From: a virus
Reading direction: 5' to 3' (one strand)
Length of the DNA stretch: 64,000 nt
Virus record (IMG/VR): IMGVR_UViG_3300022700_000208
Coordinates: 17,646 to 81,645 of that record
This document shows, in pieces, positions 16,330 to 25,938 of the stretch (its first letter is position 1; the number at the start of each line of letters is the position of its first letter). The notes below the pieces were generated by a model, which worked only from the letters and a program-made list of their open reading frames with translations, was not told where the DNA came from and ran no database searches. Made by a program: the position numbers and the translations under genes.

Positions 16330-18897
16330 TTGGCATCTAAGAGTAACTGGCAATGGCAAAAAATGGAAAAACGAGATTCGTTCGATATAATAAGGAAGTC
16401 TCTAGCCAAGAGAAGGCTATTAGATTTTACCCAGCACACAAAGCCAAATTACAAAGCAAATTGGCACCATAAACTGATATGTGACAAGCTTGATAAGTTT
16501 ATAGAAGGTAAGATCAAAAGACTGATGATCCTAATGCCTCCTAGGCACGGTAAACAAGTTTCTTTTGATACTCCTGTTTTTACTCCTTCGGGTTGGACAA
16601 TCCATGGAGATCTTCAAGTTGGTGATGAGGTGTTTGGCCCTGATGGGAATCCTACTAAAGTGATAGCTTTAAGTGAGGAGTCTTATCAAGATATTGAGGT
16701 AGAATTATCTAATGGTCAGATTATTGAGTGCCATGAAAATCATGAGTGGTCCTTTTATGATAGGTCTCGTAGGGTTTGGAGAACTAAAGAGACAAATTGG
16801 TTTTTAAATAGGAAAGTTGTAAGTTCAGGAAGATGTATATTTCAACTTCCTAATATCAATCCTCTTTATTTTGCTGAAAAAAATCTTGAGGTTGATCCTT
16901 ATTTTCTTGGAGTGTGGTTAGGAGATGGAACATCAATTAAGCCTACTCTGAATTTGTGCTCTGATGATGAGGGTTATATATTATCTGGAATCCCCTATAA
17001 TTTTAGCTCTAGGGCTGTCCATAAAGATACAAAGGTCCCAAGTATAAATTATTATGGGGAAGTCAAAGATAATATTGAAAAATTAGGTCTTTTCGGGAAT
17101 AAGCATATTCCAAAAGATTATTTATACTCATCTTTAGAACAGAGAGTTCAACTTTTGGCAGGTCTTATTGATTCAGATGGGCATGTTGAAAAAGAAGGAA
17201 GAGTTAGGTTTGTTAATACAAATAAGGATTTGATTGATGGAGTTTATGAGCTTCTCAGAACACTCGGACAAAGACCTTATCTTACTTCTCAGGAAGCTCA
17301 TAGCAGTACAACTCTTCCTATAAATTCTGACAAAAAATGTTATGCAGTAGGTTTTCAGCCTACAATTGATATACCTACTAGGGTTCCAAGAAAAAAGATA
17401 AAGAGGATTGTAACTCAGAGAAGAGTTGGGATTAAAGATGTAAGGAGAGTTGATAAAAAGACTAAAGGAAATTGCATTCAAGTTGATAGGGAGGATGGTC
17501 TTTATTTAGTTGGGGAGAGTCTTATCCCCACACACAATTCAGAATTAGTTAGTAGGAGACTTCCTGCTTACATATTTGGGAAAAATCCAGATGCTCAGGT
17601 GATCTCAGCCACGTATGGAGCTGAGCTATCACAGAGATTGAATAGGGATGTTCAGAGGATTATTGATTCTGATCCTTATAGAGATTTGTTCCCAGAAACA
17701 CAGCTTTCTTCCAAGAATGTAAAGACAACCTCAAAGATGAGTTATTTAAGAAACTCAGATATCTTTGAGATAGTAGGAAGAAAGGGAGTTTATCAGTGCG
17801 CTGGAGTTGGAGGCGCATTGACTGGTATGGGAGCCAATTATGTGTTGATTGATGATCCCTTTAAGAACCAGGAAGAGGCAGACTCCCCGACGATAAGAGA
17901 AAAAGTTTGGGATTTTTATTCCTCTGTTCTTTATACCAGGCTTGAAACCCAGCTCAGTGATGGAAGCGTAGTCAATAGTGATGGGGGAATTCTTCTTACT
18001 ACAACCAGATGGCATGAGGATGATTTAGCTGGAAGGCTAATCACTCAAATGCATGAAGATCCTGAGAATGCTGATCAATGGGAGATCATCAATCTCCCAG
18101 CAATTATTGAAACTCAGGAGGAGGAAGAAAATTCTATTGATCCCAGGGTAATGGGAGAGGCTCTTTGGCCTGATAAATTTGATGAGAAAAAGCTTCACGT
18201 TATTAAGTCCACTCTTGGTTCCAGAAAGTGGGCTGCTCTTTATGAGGGAAGACCTGCTCCTGATAAGGGAGACATTGTAGAAAGAGAGTGGTGGCAATAC
18301 TATACAGATCTTCCTGAAGAGCTTGATTTCAAGCTTATTTCTGTGGACTGTGCTTTTAAGGGAACCAAGAAATCAGACTTTGTAGCTATACAGGTCTGGG
18401 GCAAAAAAGGAGTTCACAAATATCTGATCCATCAGGTTCGAGCCAAGATGGGTTTCAATGCAACTGTGGAGGCTATCAGGCAAGTTAAATACAAATATCC
18501 TGATGCTATGGAAGTTCTTATTGAGGAAAAAGCCAACGGGGCGGCTGTTATAGAAAGTCTTAAGAGTGAGATTGAGGGAGTAACTGCCTTCAATCCTAAA
18601 GATTCTAAAGAGTCCAGGGCCAAGGCTAATGCTGTGGCTCCCCAGATTGAGGCTGGAAATGTTCATATTCCCGATCCCTCAGTTGCTTCTTGGGTTGGTG
18701 ATTATGTTGAAGAGTGGGCTGTGTTCCCGAACAGTCAGAATGATGATCAGGTGGATGCCACATCTCAAGCTCTTATCAAGATGCATCAGACAGCCTATGA
18801 ATGGGTTGATGTGGTTGATCATCTTGAGCAGGGAAAAGGCATTGAAGGTCTTCCTCCAGAAGTGGCTGAGCAACTTTGGCCTAATCATGCTGGATAA
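16330..18897 (+). CDS. terL: terminase large subunit (intein-containing)
   Basis: Walker A MPPRHGK|S, Walker B VLIDDP, TRWHEDDLAG, nuclease SVDCAF, IEEKANG, NDDQVDATSQ. Confidence 0.93.
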   Translation: MASKSNWQWQKMEKRDSFDIIRKSLAKRRLLDFTQHTKPNYKANWHHKLICDKLDKFIEGKIKRLMILMPPRHGKQVSFDTPVFTPSGWTIHGDLQVGDEVFGPDGNPTKVIALSEESYQDIEVELSNGQIIECHENHEWSFYDRSRRVWRTKETNWFLNRKVVSSGRCIFQLPNINPLYFAEKNLEVDPYFLGVWLGDGTSIKPTLNLCSDDEGYILSGIPYNFSSRAVHKDTKVPSINYYGEVKDNIEKLGLFGNKHIPKDYLYSSLEQRVQLLAGLIDSDGHVEKEGRVRFVNTNKDLIDGVYELLRTLGQRPYLTSQEAHSSTTLPINSDKKCYAVGFQPTIDIPTRVPRKKIKRIVTQRRVGIKDVRRVDKKTKGNCIQVDREDGLYLVGESLIPTHNSELVSRRLPAYIFGKNPDAQVISATYGAELSQRLNRDVQRIIDSDPYRDLFPETQLSSKNVKTTSKMSYLRNSDIFEIVGRKGVYQCAGVGGALTGMGANYVLIDDPFKNQEEADSPTIREKVWDFYSSVLYTRLETQLSDGSVVNSDGGILLTTTRWHEDDLAGRLITQMHEDPENADQWEIINLPAIIETQEEEENSIDPRVMGEALWPDKFDEKKLHVIKSTLGSRKWAALYEGRPAPDKGDIVEREWWQYYTDLPEELDFKLISVDCAFKGTKKSDFVAIQVWGKKGVHKYLIHQVRAKMGFNATVEAIRQVKYKYPDAMEVLIEEKANGAAVIESLKSEIEGVTAFNPKDSKESRAKANAVAPQIEAGNVHIPDPSVASWVGDYVEEWAVFPNSQNDDQVDATSQALIKMHQTAYEWVDVVDHLEQGKGIEGLPPEVAEQLWPNHAG
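16555..17538 (+). mobile_element. class-3-type intein with LAGLIDADG endonuclease in TerL (328 aa)
   Basis: Begins QVSFDTPV, ends LIPTHN|S; HENHEW (W), GNCIQV (C), PTHN (T) form the WCT motif; LLAGLIDSDG. Confidence 0.88.
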
Positions 18898-18899
18898 TC

Positions 18900-19121
18900 A
18901 TGAGCAATACTAGGTTTGAGCCGACAAATAAACTCAGAGTAGCTAAGTGGACAGAGCGGGTGAAAAGCAATGTTGATCCCATGAAACATCCAGTTGGCAA
19001 ACCTATTCCTACAAAAATTGTGGAAAGACAGGCCATTCAGCAACTCTGGTATTGTGTGAAAACAGGCAAAGAAGAGTGGAGATTCCTGGAAGAAGTTAAT
19101 CTAGAGGCATCAGAGGTTTGA
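18900..19121 (+). CDS. hypothetical protein
   Basis: Compact ORF with IQQLW..EEWR motif. Confidence 0.55.
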   Translation: MSNTRFEPTNKLRVAKWTERVKSNVDPMKHPVGKPIPTKIVERQAIQQLWYCVKTGKEEWRFLEEVNLEASEV

Positions 19122-19307
19122 ATGAAGGTAAGAGTGGGAAACGAGATATATGATTCTGAGTACACGTATATTGCTATTCTCCTAAGTGATAAGGACAAAG
19201 ATAATATATCAAGAATGCCTGAGGAAAATAATGTCTATTCTTCATTTCCAGAGGACATGGACTTGGATGAGGTAAGAAAGAGAAATAAAGAGCTGAAGAA
19301 TGAATAG
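19122..19307 (+). CDS. hypothetical protein
   Basis: Compact ORF. Confidence 0.55.
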   Translation: MKVRVGNEIYDSEYTYIAILLSDKDKDNISRMPEENNVYSSFPEDMDLDEVRKRNKELKNE

Positions 19308-20052
19308 AGATTCCTATGGAATTATAGGCCAGATCAAAGGCCCCAATAATCCAATAGAGGTAGAAGGTGGAGATTCCGTCAATTGGGAAGGTCACTGGAT
19401 CTATCTCAATAATGGCCGAGATCCAGGAGGTAAAATAGTCAAGACTACTTCCAGGTATGTGAGTTTTTTTGAGGTGGGCTTTGGGGCTTATGCAAGGCAT
19501 CCCAAGAAAAGCCAAACCAAGCATGGTTTTGGGGCCTATTATAAAAATCCATGGCAGGGATGTATCTCCAGGGACCAGCTAAGAGGAATTCTGGCTGCCC
19601 TTATCTCAGGTGGGGAGTATTTGGCTATGCTGAGGCTTATTCTTCACCATGCCCTGAGAGGCTTCATATTTGCCTACAACACGATTGAAAATGGGGATGA
19701 TCCCGACACAGCCCCCTGGAAGCTACCAGATCTCACAGGGCCTGACATTTGGGCTATGGAGCTACGGGGGTTTGGCCTGGCCAGTTGGCTCTTCTGGCCG
19801 ATACTGTGTCTGCTCGATATCTACATGCTTTTTAATGCAGTGTTCCATAATCATAAGGAAACCCAGCATGTGATCAGTTTTTCTATCACCCTGCTTGTTT
19901 GTGTTGAGAATGTTCCCACCCCCACGAGCTTATTGGCTAAATATGTGATCGACAGGGATGAGCTATTATCAGAGCTTTATAAGTATTGGTGCAATTGGAG
20001 AGAAAGCTGTGAAATCTATCATGCTTATGAAAAGAGGTTGAATGCCCTATGA
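19300..20052 (+). CDS. hypothetical membrane-associated protein, possibly an enzyme
   Basis: EGGDS and SRDQL motifs; hydrophobic C-terminal helices. Confidence 0.55.
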   Translation: MNRDSYGIIGQIKGPNNPIEVEGGDSVNWEGHWIYLNNGRDPGGKIVKTTSRYVSFFEVGFGAYARHPKKSQTKHGFGAYYKNPWQGCISRDQLRGILAALISGGEYLAMLRLILHHALRGFIFAYNTIENGDDPDTAPWKLPDLTGPDIWAMELRGFGLASWLFWPILCLLDIYMLFNAVFHNHKETQHVISFSITLLVCVENVPTPTSLLAKYVIDRDELLSELYKYWCNWRESCEIYHAYEKRLNAL

Positions 20053-20342
20053 GCAAAGCTAATGATCTTAAGAACAAGGTAAAAGACATCAAGATGAAAG
20101 AAAAATCCACTGGGACCACTGGGGTTGGTGGATCGGAAGTCTCCCATACCCATGGGTATGTGATTGATGAAAATGGTAATGGGAAGACCACATCTACCTC
20201 AGAGGGAGAGGATCATATTCATCAGATCACTGAGTATGAGGTTCAGCCTGCACCTCCAGGCAATCATGTTCATCCTTTGGAGAAAAAGGATGATAATGGG
20301 GATGCAGGAAAGCCTATAAATCAGAGAGGTAAAAAGAAATGA
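20049..20342 (+). CDS. leader-bearing His-motif protein (HTH/HIH/HVH)
   Basis: MSKANDLKNKV leader; three HxH motifs. Confidence 0.6.
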   Translation: MSKANDLKNKVKDIKMKEKSTGTTGVGGSEVSHTHGYVIDENGNGKTTSTSEGEDHIHQITEYEVQPAPPGNHVHPLEKKDDNGDAGKPINQRGKKK

Positions 20343-20548
20343 TCTCCCCGTGGTATCTTAGCATGGGCATTGCCACTCTTATGCTTGTGATGATGGATGC
20401 CTACACAAAGAAAAGTCCTGATGTGACAAATATTAGAGATCCATTTACTTTGATGAGGCTTGTTCCTTTTGCTCTTATCCTTGCCATTCTTGGTTGGCCT
20501 CTTATTTTAATGGAGATGGTAGTCAAGCATGTTGTCAGAAAACATTAA
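20339..20548 (+). CDS. small two-TM membrane protein
   Basis: Two hydrophobic segments. Confidence 0.5.
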   Translation: MISPWYLSMGIATLMLVMMDAYTKKSPDVTNIRDPFTLMRLVPFALILAILGWPLILMEMVVKHVVRKH

Positions 20549-20957
20549 GACAGAAGAGGAAGACACATTCTATGATGTGGATGGCAAACTGGCCAAGAAA
20601 TTGGATGGTCCCCCTAAGAATATGAAAAAATCCAAGGAGAAAAAGTTTGCCATGATCATTGGGGGAGATACAGCCGTTGTATTCACCTCCCCTTCGGATA
20701 AGGAAGCCAAGCAGGACACCAAGAATAGAGTTGAAAAGGATGATCTCAAGAATGCTGTCCTGGCTAGAAAGGTGGGAGATCTTCCTGATAGTGGTGAGGA
20801 GATTTTCCAAGCATTTATTTCTTTTGCAGATAAAGACAAAGAGGAAACCAAATCAGCTAAGCTAAAGAACCTAGTTCAAAACACAAGGAATCCTCTTCAG
20901 AATACTCCTTATCCATTTGATAAGAAGAAAAAGAGGAAGCGTTATGAAGAAAGCTAA
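20529..20957 (+). CDS. hypothetical protein
   Basis: Paralogous in part to 29801-30367 (acidic, A..A.V.RKVG); internal KSAKLKNLV. Confidence 0.5.
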   Translation: MLSENIKTEEEDTFYDVDGKLAKKLDGPPKNMKKSKEKKFAMIIGGDTAVVFTSPSDKEAKQDTKNRVEKDDLKNAVLARKVGDLPDSGEEIFQAFISFADKDKEETKSAKLKNLVQNTRNPLQNTPYPFDKKKKRKRYEES

Positions 20958-21234
20958 AAAGCTCAAACAATCAGTTGAGAAAGCCTATGGGCCTGATTTT
21001 GATAATCTTAAGAAAAATCGTGTTGATCTCACCAATGCTGAGAGGGAAAAGATTATGAGATCTCATGCTTATTGGCATCACGGTAGAAAAGGAAGGGCAA
21101 CTCCAGCTATATTCAAAGCAATGATTGGTGGGTGTCCCTATTATGTTCCCCATACTCACAGGGCTTACAGATGCCTTAGAACCTTAGATGGGGCTATCAA
21201 CCAATTCCACAAATACATTAAACAGACAGCATAG
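20944..21234 (+). CDS. leader-bearing basic protein (MKKAKKLKQSVE|K)
   Basis: ATG at 20944 after GAGG SD. Confidence 0.6.
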   Translation: MKKAKKLKQSVEKAYGPDFDNLKKNRVDLTNAEREKIMRSHAYWHHGRKGRATPAIFKAMIGGCPYYVPHTHRAYRCLRTLDGAINQFHKYIKQTA

Positions 21235-21242
21235 GGATTGAT

Positions 21243-21512
21243 ATGATCTCTGAATACCATGAATATGCATTCAGTTACATTGAAAAGACAGCTCAATTGT
21301 ACCCTCAAGTGAATTCTATTACTCTTTTGGACAGAGTTAGAAAGGCAGCCAAATGGGCTAATAAAAAGCATGGGGAAAGAAGAACTCCCTGTAGTGAGTG
21401 TGGAAAGAAAAAATACACTATAAGTGATCGGGTGGATCATCATATCTGTTTCGATTGCTATGTGGGACATGATACCCAGGAAATTATGATGCAAAATTGG
21501 GGAAGTCGGTAA
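21243..21512 (+). CDS. small Zn-finger protein
   Basis: CSEC..CFDC. Confidence 0.5.
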   Translation: MISEYHEYAFSYIEKTAQLYPQVNSITLLDRVRKAAKWANKKHGERRTPCSECGKKKYTISDRVDHHICFDCYVGHDTQEIMMQNWGSR

Positions 21513-21542
21513 ATTTAAAATACAAACAAAAGGAGAATTAAA

Positions 21543-22226
21543 ATGAGCCGAGCTGAGAAGCTTTTAAATGAAATGAAAATGGTTGAAAAGAAGTTAAAGG
21601 ACAAGGATTTTCGCAATCCTCGTGATGCAGTTGAGATGGATGATTTCCAGAAGTTTGCCAAAGACAAGCTCAAGGATAAGCCTGAGGATCTTATCAGGAA
21701 AGGATTCTTTGAGAAAACCAAAGATGGTGAAATCATTCCTTCTAAGAAACTTGCTAAGGAAATGGCTAGTACAGGCAATTCTTTTGATGAGAAGGAAATT
21801 GATGGTTTGACTGATCAGTTAGAGTCAATGATCAGGGATGTTGCTAATAGTGTTATTAAGAAAGTTGCCAAGAAAAGAAATGTCAAACCTAAGGGGATAG
21901 AGGCTGAGGTCAAATTAAATGTTGATCCCAATTCCTTCCAGTCTCCTGCCAAAGTTGAGATTTATTATAAAGGGGAGGAAGAAGAGGTAGAAATTGGATT
22001 TGGTGCTCCTCCTTCTATGGATTTTGATGCAAAGGTTGATGAGTTTGAGGATATGGAATGGACTCTTCTTCTTGATTTTGAATCCCCATGGCATGAATCT
22101 GACGTGAGAGACAATTGGGAGCAGGTTGAGTTACTGAGAACATTGAATGAGCTTGGGGTTGATGATGATTCTGAAGAAAAGCTCAAGAAAGCTGTTAATG
22201 AGCTGATTGATTCTGCTGAGGAGTAA
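21543..22226 (+). CDS. leader-bearing protein (MSRAEKLLNEMKMVE|K)
   Basis: Shared leader; AAGGAG SD. Confidence 0.65.
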   Translation: MSRAEKLLNEMKMVEKKLKDKDFRNPRDAVEMDDFQKFAKDKLKDKPEDLIRKGFFEKTKDGEIIPSKKLAKEMASTGNSFDEKEIDGLTDQLESMIRDVANSVIKKVAKKRNVKPKGIEAEVKLNVDPNSFQSPAKVEIYYKGEEEEVEIGFGAPPSMDFDAKVDEFEDMEWTLLLDFESPWHESDVRDNWEQVELLRTLNELGVDDDSEEKLKKAVNELIDSAEE

Positions 22227-22228
22227 TC

Positions 22229-22531
22229 ATGAGCAAAGCAAAAAGAATTCTTTCAGAAATGGACATGGTGGAGCAGAGGCTGGAGAAGGAACTTCAGCCT
22301 CTCTTTGATGAGCTTGAGAATCAAAGCTTTGTTAAAGACATTGATAAGACTGATGGGACAGAGCTTGATGTGACTGTTGTCGATAAGCGGGGTAAAGCTG
22401 ATGTTCTTACTCTGGCCTGGGATGATAAGAACAATGAATATGTCTGGTCAGATTTCAGCAAGGATACTCCTATCGGTAAGAAACCTGAAGATGCCATCAA
22501 GTGGCTCAAGAAAAAATTGAAGGTTAGGTAA
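22229..22531 (+). CDS. leader-bearing protein (MSKAKRILSEMDMVE|Q)
   Basis: Shared leader. Confidence 0.65.
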   Translation: MSKAKRILSEMDMVEQRLEKELQPLFDELENQSFVKDIDKTDGTELDVTVVDKRGKADVLTLAWDDKNNEYVWSDFSKDTPIGKKPEDAIKWLKKKLKVR

Positions 22532-22786
22532 ATGTCTAAGGCAAAGAAGCTATTGGACAAAGTGGAAAACAATAATGAGGCTGTGGTCAAGGATGCTCTC
22601 AAAGTTATTAAGAAAGCCACTCCTGAGGAGCTTCTCCAGATCATGAGCCAATTAGAAAGAAGATTTGAGGATGATAAGGAACTTAATGGCCTTTCCAAGG
22701 TTATGAGTCAGATAATCAAAAAAGTTTCTAAGGCCAAGTTTGGATCAGTCAAGAAAGTATCGAATAAGTCCCTCATGGTTAAGTAA
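22532..22786 (+). CDS. leader-bearing protein (MSKAKKLLDKVENNNE|A)
   Basis: Shared leader. Confidence 0.65.
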   Translation: MSKAKKLLDKVENNNEAVVKDALKVIKKATPEELLQIMSQLERRFEDDKELNGLSKVMSQIIKKVSKAKFGSVKKVSNKSLMVK

Positions 22787-22796
22787 GGAGAGTGAA

Positions 22797-23117
22797 ATGA
22801 GCAAAGCGAAAAGATTAATTGAGAAACTGGATATTGGTGAAAAGAAGCTTAAGGATTTTGTCAGTGATCTTGAGAAAAACATCAGAGATGTTAAAGAGTT
22901 TATCCCTCCTACAGAAGGTAAAAGAAAAGATGCCATCAGGTCCTTATCCAAATTGGCTGTAGATTCTGTTTTTGTTTTAGCTGAGGAATCGAATAAGTTG
23001 AGAAGTGATGATTTGGGAGATGATTCAGATAGATTTTTGGATAATCTGGAGGATTCTTTAAAGAGTATGGAATCCCAAATGAAACGAGTCAGAAGTAACT
23101 TGAAAAAGTTAAAGTAA
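22797..23117 (+). CDS. leader-bearing protein (MSKAKRLIEKLDIGE|K)
   Basis: ATG at 22797 after TAAGGAG. Confidence 0.65.
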   Translation: MSKAKRLIEKLDIGEKKLKDFVSDLEKNIRDVKEFIPPTEGKRKDAIRSLSKLAVDSVFVLAEESNKLRSDDLGDDSDRFLDNLEDSLKSMESQMKRVRSNLKKLK

Positions 23118-23127
23118 GGAGAGTGAA

Positions 23128-23487
23128 ATGAATAAAGCTAGACAAGTTTTGGAAAAAGCAAAGAAGTTTTCTGAGGCTGTGGATAAGCAAGCGGTCAAAG
23201 AACTCATTCTGTATGCAGATAATGATGGGGATCTTCATAAAAGACAGTTTGTTCCCATTCTTAAAAATCTCAAGAAGAAATGGGATAAAGGCCAATTTGA
23301 TGAGAAGAAAGCAGTCAAAGCCTTTTTGAATTTTGCGGATGAGGCAGCCAAGAAATATGTCAAGGAACATGGTGCTCCTGGGGACAAGGTAAAAGATATC
23401 TTCCCCAAGAAGGTAAGAGAGGCTGCTGCTGAGGAATGGGCAGAGCGTTTTAAAGAACAAGTTGAAAACGACGATCTTCCTCTTTGA
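23128..23487 (+). CDS. leader-bearing protein (MNKARQVLEKAKKFSE|A) with ELILYADNDGDL cargo
   Basis: Shared leader; helical cargo domain. Confidence 0.65.
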   Translation: MNKARQVLEKAKKFSEAVDKQAVKELILYADNDGDLHKRQFVPILKNLKKKWDKGQFDEKKAVKAFLNFADEAAKKYVKEHGAPGDKVKDIFPKKVREAAAEEWAERFKEQVENDDLPL

Positions 23488-23759
23488 GGTCAGGCATGAA
23501 TTTTAAAAAGATAACTCCAGATTTCATTCTTATTGGGGTAGCCATTCTGGCTCTTGTGATCACTGTATATGATCTCATGGCTCTTAATAATGGAGGGACA
23601 GAGGCTACCATTAGCCATGTGATTATGGTGTGGTCTTACAAATATCCTTTATTCACTTGGTTTGCTGGATTCATTCCAGGTGTATTGGTGGGGCATTTGT
23701 TTTGGAGAATTAGGGATAGTAAGAAAACAGACAAGTTAGGAAGGGAGATTCCGAAATGA
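23484..23759 (+). CDS. two-TM membrane protein (holin-like topology)
   Basis: Two TM helices and a basic C-terminus. Confidence 0.4.
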   Translation: MRSGMNFKKITPDFILIGVAILALVITVYDLMALNNGGTEATISHVIMVWSYKYPLFTWFAGFIPGVLVGHLFWRIRDSKKTDKLGREIPK

Positions 23760-24103
23760 GTAAGGCAAAGAAATTCCTTGAGAAAGTCAGTACAAACAAA
23801 TCTGTCAATGAGGGTTCAATCCTTGAGTTCCCAGACATGGCTAAGGAAAATAAAGAGTTTAAGAAGCTCTTTAAAAAAGAAGAGGAAATTCAGAAAAAGA
23901 GAGAAGAGATATCTGACTCTCTTTTAAAAATGGAAGATCTTCTCAATGATGCCCAGAAGCAAGCAAATAAAATGAAAGAATCTGATTTTCCAGAAGGGCC
24001 TAAATCCGCTGAAGGTAAAGAGGGTTATATAGACAGAATTAAGTTTAAACTGAGAGACCTGGACAAAGCTATGGATTATCTCAGAGAGCAAGGATTGATG
24101 TAA
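23756..24103 (+). CDS. leader-bearing protein (MSKAKKFLEKVSTNKSVNE|G)
   Basis: Shared leader. Confidence 0.65.
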   Translation: MSKAKKFLEKVSTNKSVNEGSILEFPDMAKENKEFKKLFKKEEEIQKKREEISDSLLKMEDLLNDAQKQANKMKESDFPEGPKSAEGKEGYIDRIKFKLRDLDKAMDYLREQGLM

Positions 24104-24134
24104 GCAAACTCCAAAATAAGTTAAAGGATAAACA

Positions 24135-25928
24135 ATGGCAAACACCGAAGAGCAAACTCAAAATCAATCATCAGGAGAGCAGGGAAATAGGATAGCTCTC
24201 AATGAAGAGCAGTTAAGGGTTCTTGAGCGTGTATTCCCTGGATTCTCTAATGATGATGCTAATGCTGACAGTATCCTGGAGAATCTTATTGTCGGCTTTA
24301 ATGATCCCAACACTCTTTCTAATATGAGTGCTTCCAGTAGGAATTTTGATTCCTATCAGGTAGCGGCTGCCTATGCTGCTATCTACACCAAGTCTACTCG
24401 CTCTCGTTATGAGCTTATAAGGAAGGTGGAAGAGGCTAGAGATTTCTATTTGGTTGAGACCATTACTCAGCAATTCACTGAGGATGCTCTGAACCCAGAG
24501 ACAGGAACTGGCAATATTCTCAATGTCAGTTCTAAAAATAAAAAGATTCAGCAGGAAATTGATCTGTTGGATGAGCGCTTTGATTTTGATCAGATGGCCC
24601 AGACCATCACTCCTGATATGATCCTTTACGGAGAGTACACTCTCAAGACTGAGGTCAACACTTATGATAAGGACAAGGGATCAGTAAAAAATAATCAGGA
24701 TGGTCAGGAAAGAAAGCTCAGTGAAAAAAGCATTCATGAGCAGCAGATAGATAAGCTTAATAAGCAAAAGTCTGTTGATGAAAAAGAAGAGTCTAATGCT
24801 GGCCTGGTTAATATTCTTGATAATGTTGAGCAGGGATCAGTTATTGCTCTTGAAAAGGATGGCGGTATTGATGGTTATCTTGTGATCAATCATAAGGGAA
24901 GGCTTCAAAAAGCTGAGCCTGCTGATTTCATCAAGTTTGCTCTTCCCAGGACCAGAATACGTATTGATCTTCAGAATGAGGTCAGTGGTGTTGTTAGACA
25001 TTTTGGGGGAAATCCTCAAAGAGAGTCTGTCAAAAAAGAACTTGCTAATGTCCCAAGATTTATTCGGGTTGGACGTTCTATTATTGCTCCCTTTCTATCT
25101 AAGATTAAAGAGCTTCAACTTCTAGAATCTCTTATCCCAGCAACCAAGATATCCAAGTTATCCAATGGAAATATAGTTGGTGTACAGCTTCCTGAGAATA
25201 CTAAAGTTGAACAGGGGATGAATGTTGCCAATCGCCTTGAGCAGGTGATCAATAAAAAAGTCGGTGTTGATAAGGAAAAGGGTGAGCTTAATATTGAAAA
25301 TATTATGGCAACTTCAGGCAGGACTAAATGTATTCCCATGTTTGGGGAGAAGGGCCGCCTTGAGAAACTCGATTTCAAATCTGAGGAGCCTGATGATCTG
25401 TTGAATGCTGTCAAGGAAATGAGAGAGACCATTCTTGACAGTGCAGGTATTCCTCATGAATTGGTTTTTAAATCTGAGGGGGATACTAAGAGTGAGATCC
25501 TTAAGCGTTATGCCAGATATCTAAGAAGGCTCAAGCAAATCCAAAAAGGTATTTGTGATGGTATCAAGCAAATGATCTATATCCACCTGGCCAATAAGGG
25601 AATTGAATTTGATCCAGAAGAAATCAGTGTTGAGTTTGAGAATAAGATTGTCGAGATCGACAACCTGGACACTCTTGAGTTCATGGATACCACGGTGGGA
25701 ATGCTTGATAATCTCAAGAATTTCCTTGGGGAACTCAATGAGGAAGGATCTCCCTTAGAGGGCCGAGTGAATTCTGAATCCTTGGCTGATTTCCTTGAAG
25801 AGCAGCTTAGAATTGTGGGGCTCAATAAAGTTATTCTTCCCAGACAAAAACAAAAGGAAAATCCTCCTGATTATGAACCAGAATCCAAAAAAGAAAATGA
25901 TCCATTAGGTCCAGAACCTGAAATATAA
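24135..25928 (+). CDS. portal protein (T4 gp20-like)
   Basis: Size; position between TerL and protease/MCP; motifs DMILYGEY, GRSII, SAGIP, RYARYLRRLKQIQ. Confidence 0.8.
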   Translation: MANTEEQTQNQSSGEQGNRIALNEEQLRVLERVFPGFSNDDANADSILENLIVGFNDPNTLSNMSASSRNFDSYQVAAAYAAIYTKSTRSRYELIRKVEEARDFYLVETITQQFTEDALNPETGTGNILNVSSKNKKIQQEIDLLDERFDFDQMAQTITPDMILYGEYTLKTEVNTYDKDKGSVKNNQDGQERKLSEKSIHEQQIDKLNKQKSVDEKEESNAGLVNILDNVEQGSVIALEKDGGIDGYLVINHKGRLQKAEPADFIKFALPRTRIRIDLQNEVSGVVRHFGGNPQRESVKKELANVPRFIRVGRSIIAPFLSKIKELQLLESLIPATKISKLSNGNIVGVQLPENTKVEQGMNVANRLEQVINKKVGVDKEKGELNIENIMATSGRTKCIPMFGEKGRLEKLDFKSEEPDDLLNAVKEMRETILDSAGIPHELVFKSEGDTKSEILKRYARYLRRLKQIQKGICDGIKQMIYIHLANKGIEFDPEEISVEFENKIVEIDNLDTLEFMDTTVGMLDNLKNFLGELNEEGSPLEGRVNSESLADFLEEQLRIVGLNKVILPRQKQKENPPDYEPESKKENDPLGPEPEI

Positions 25929-25938
25929 GGAGAGTAAA

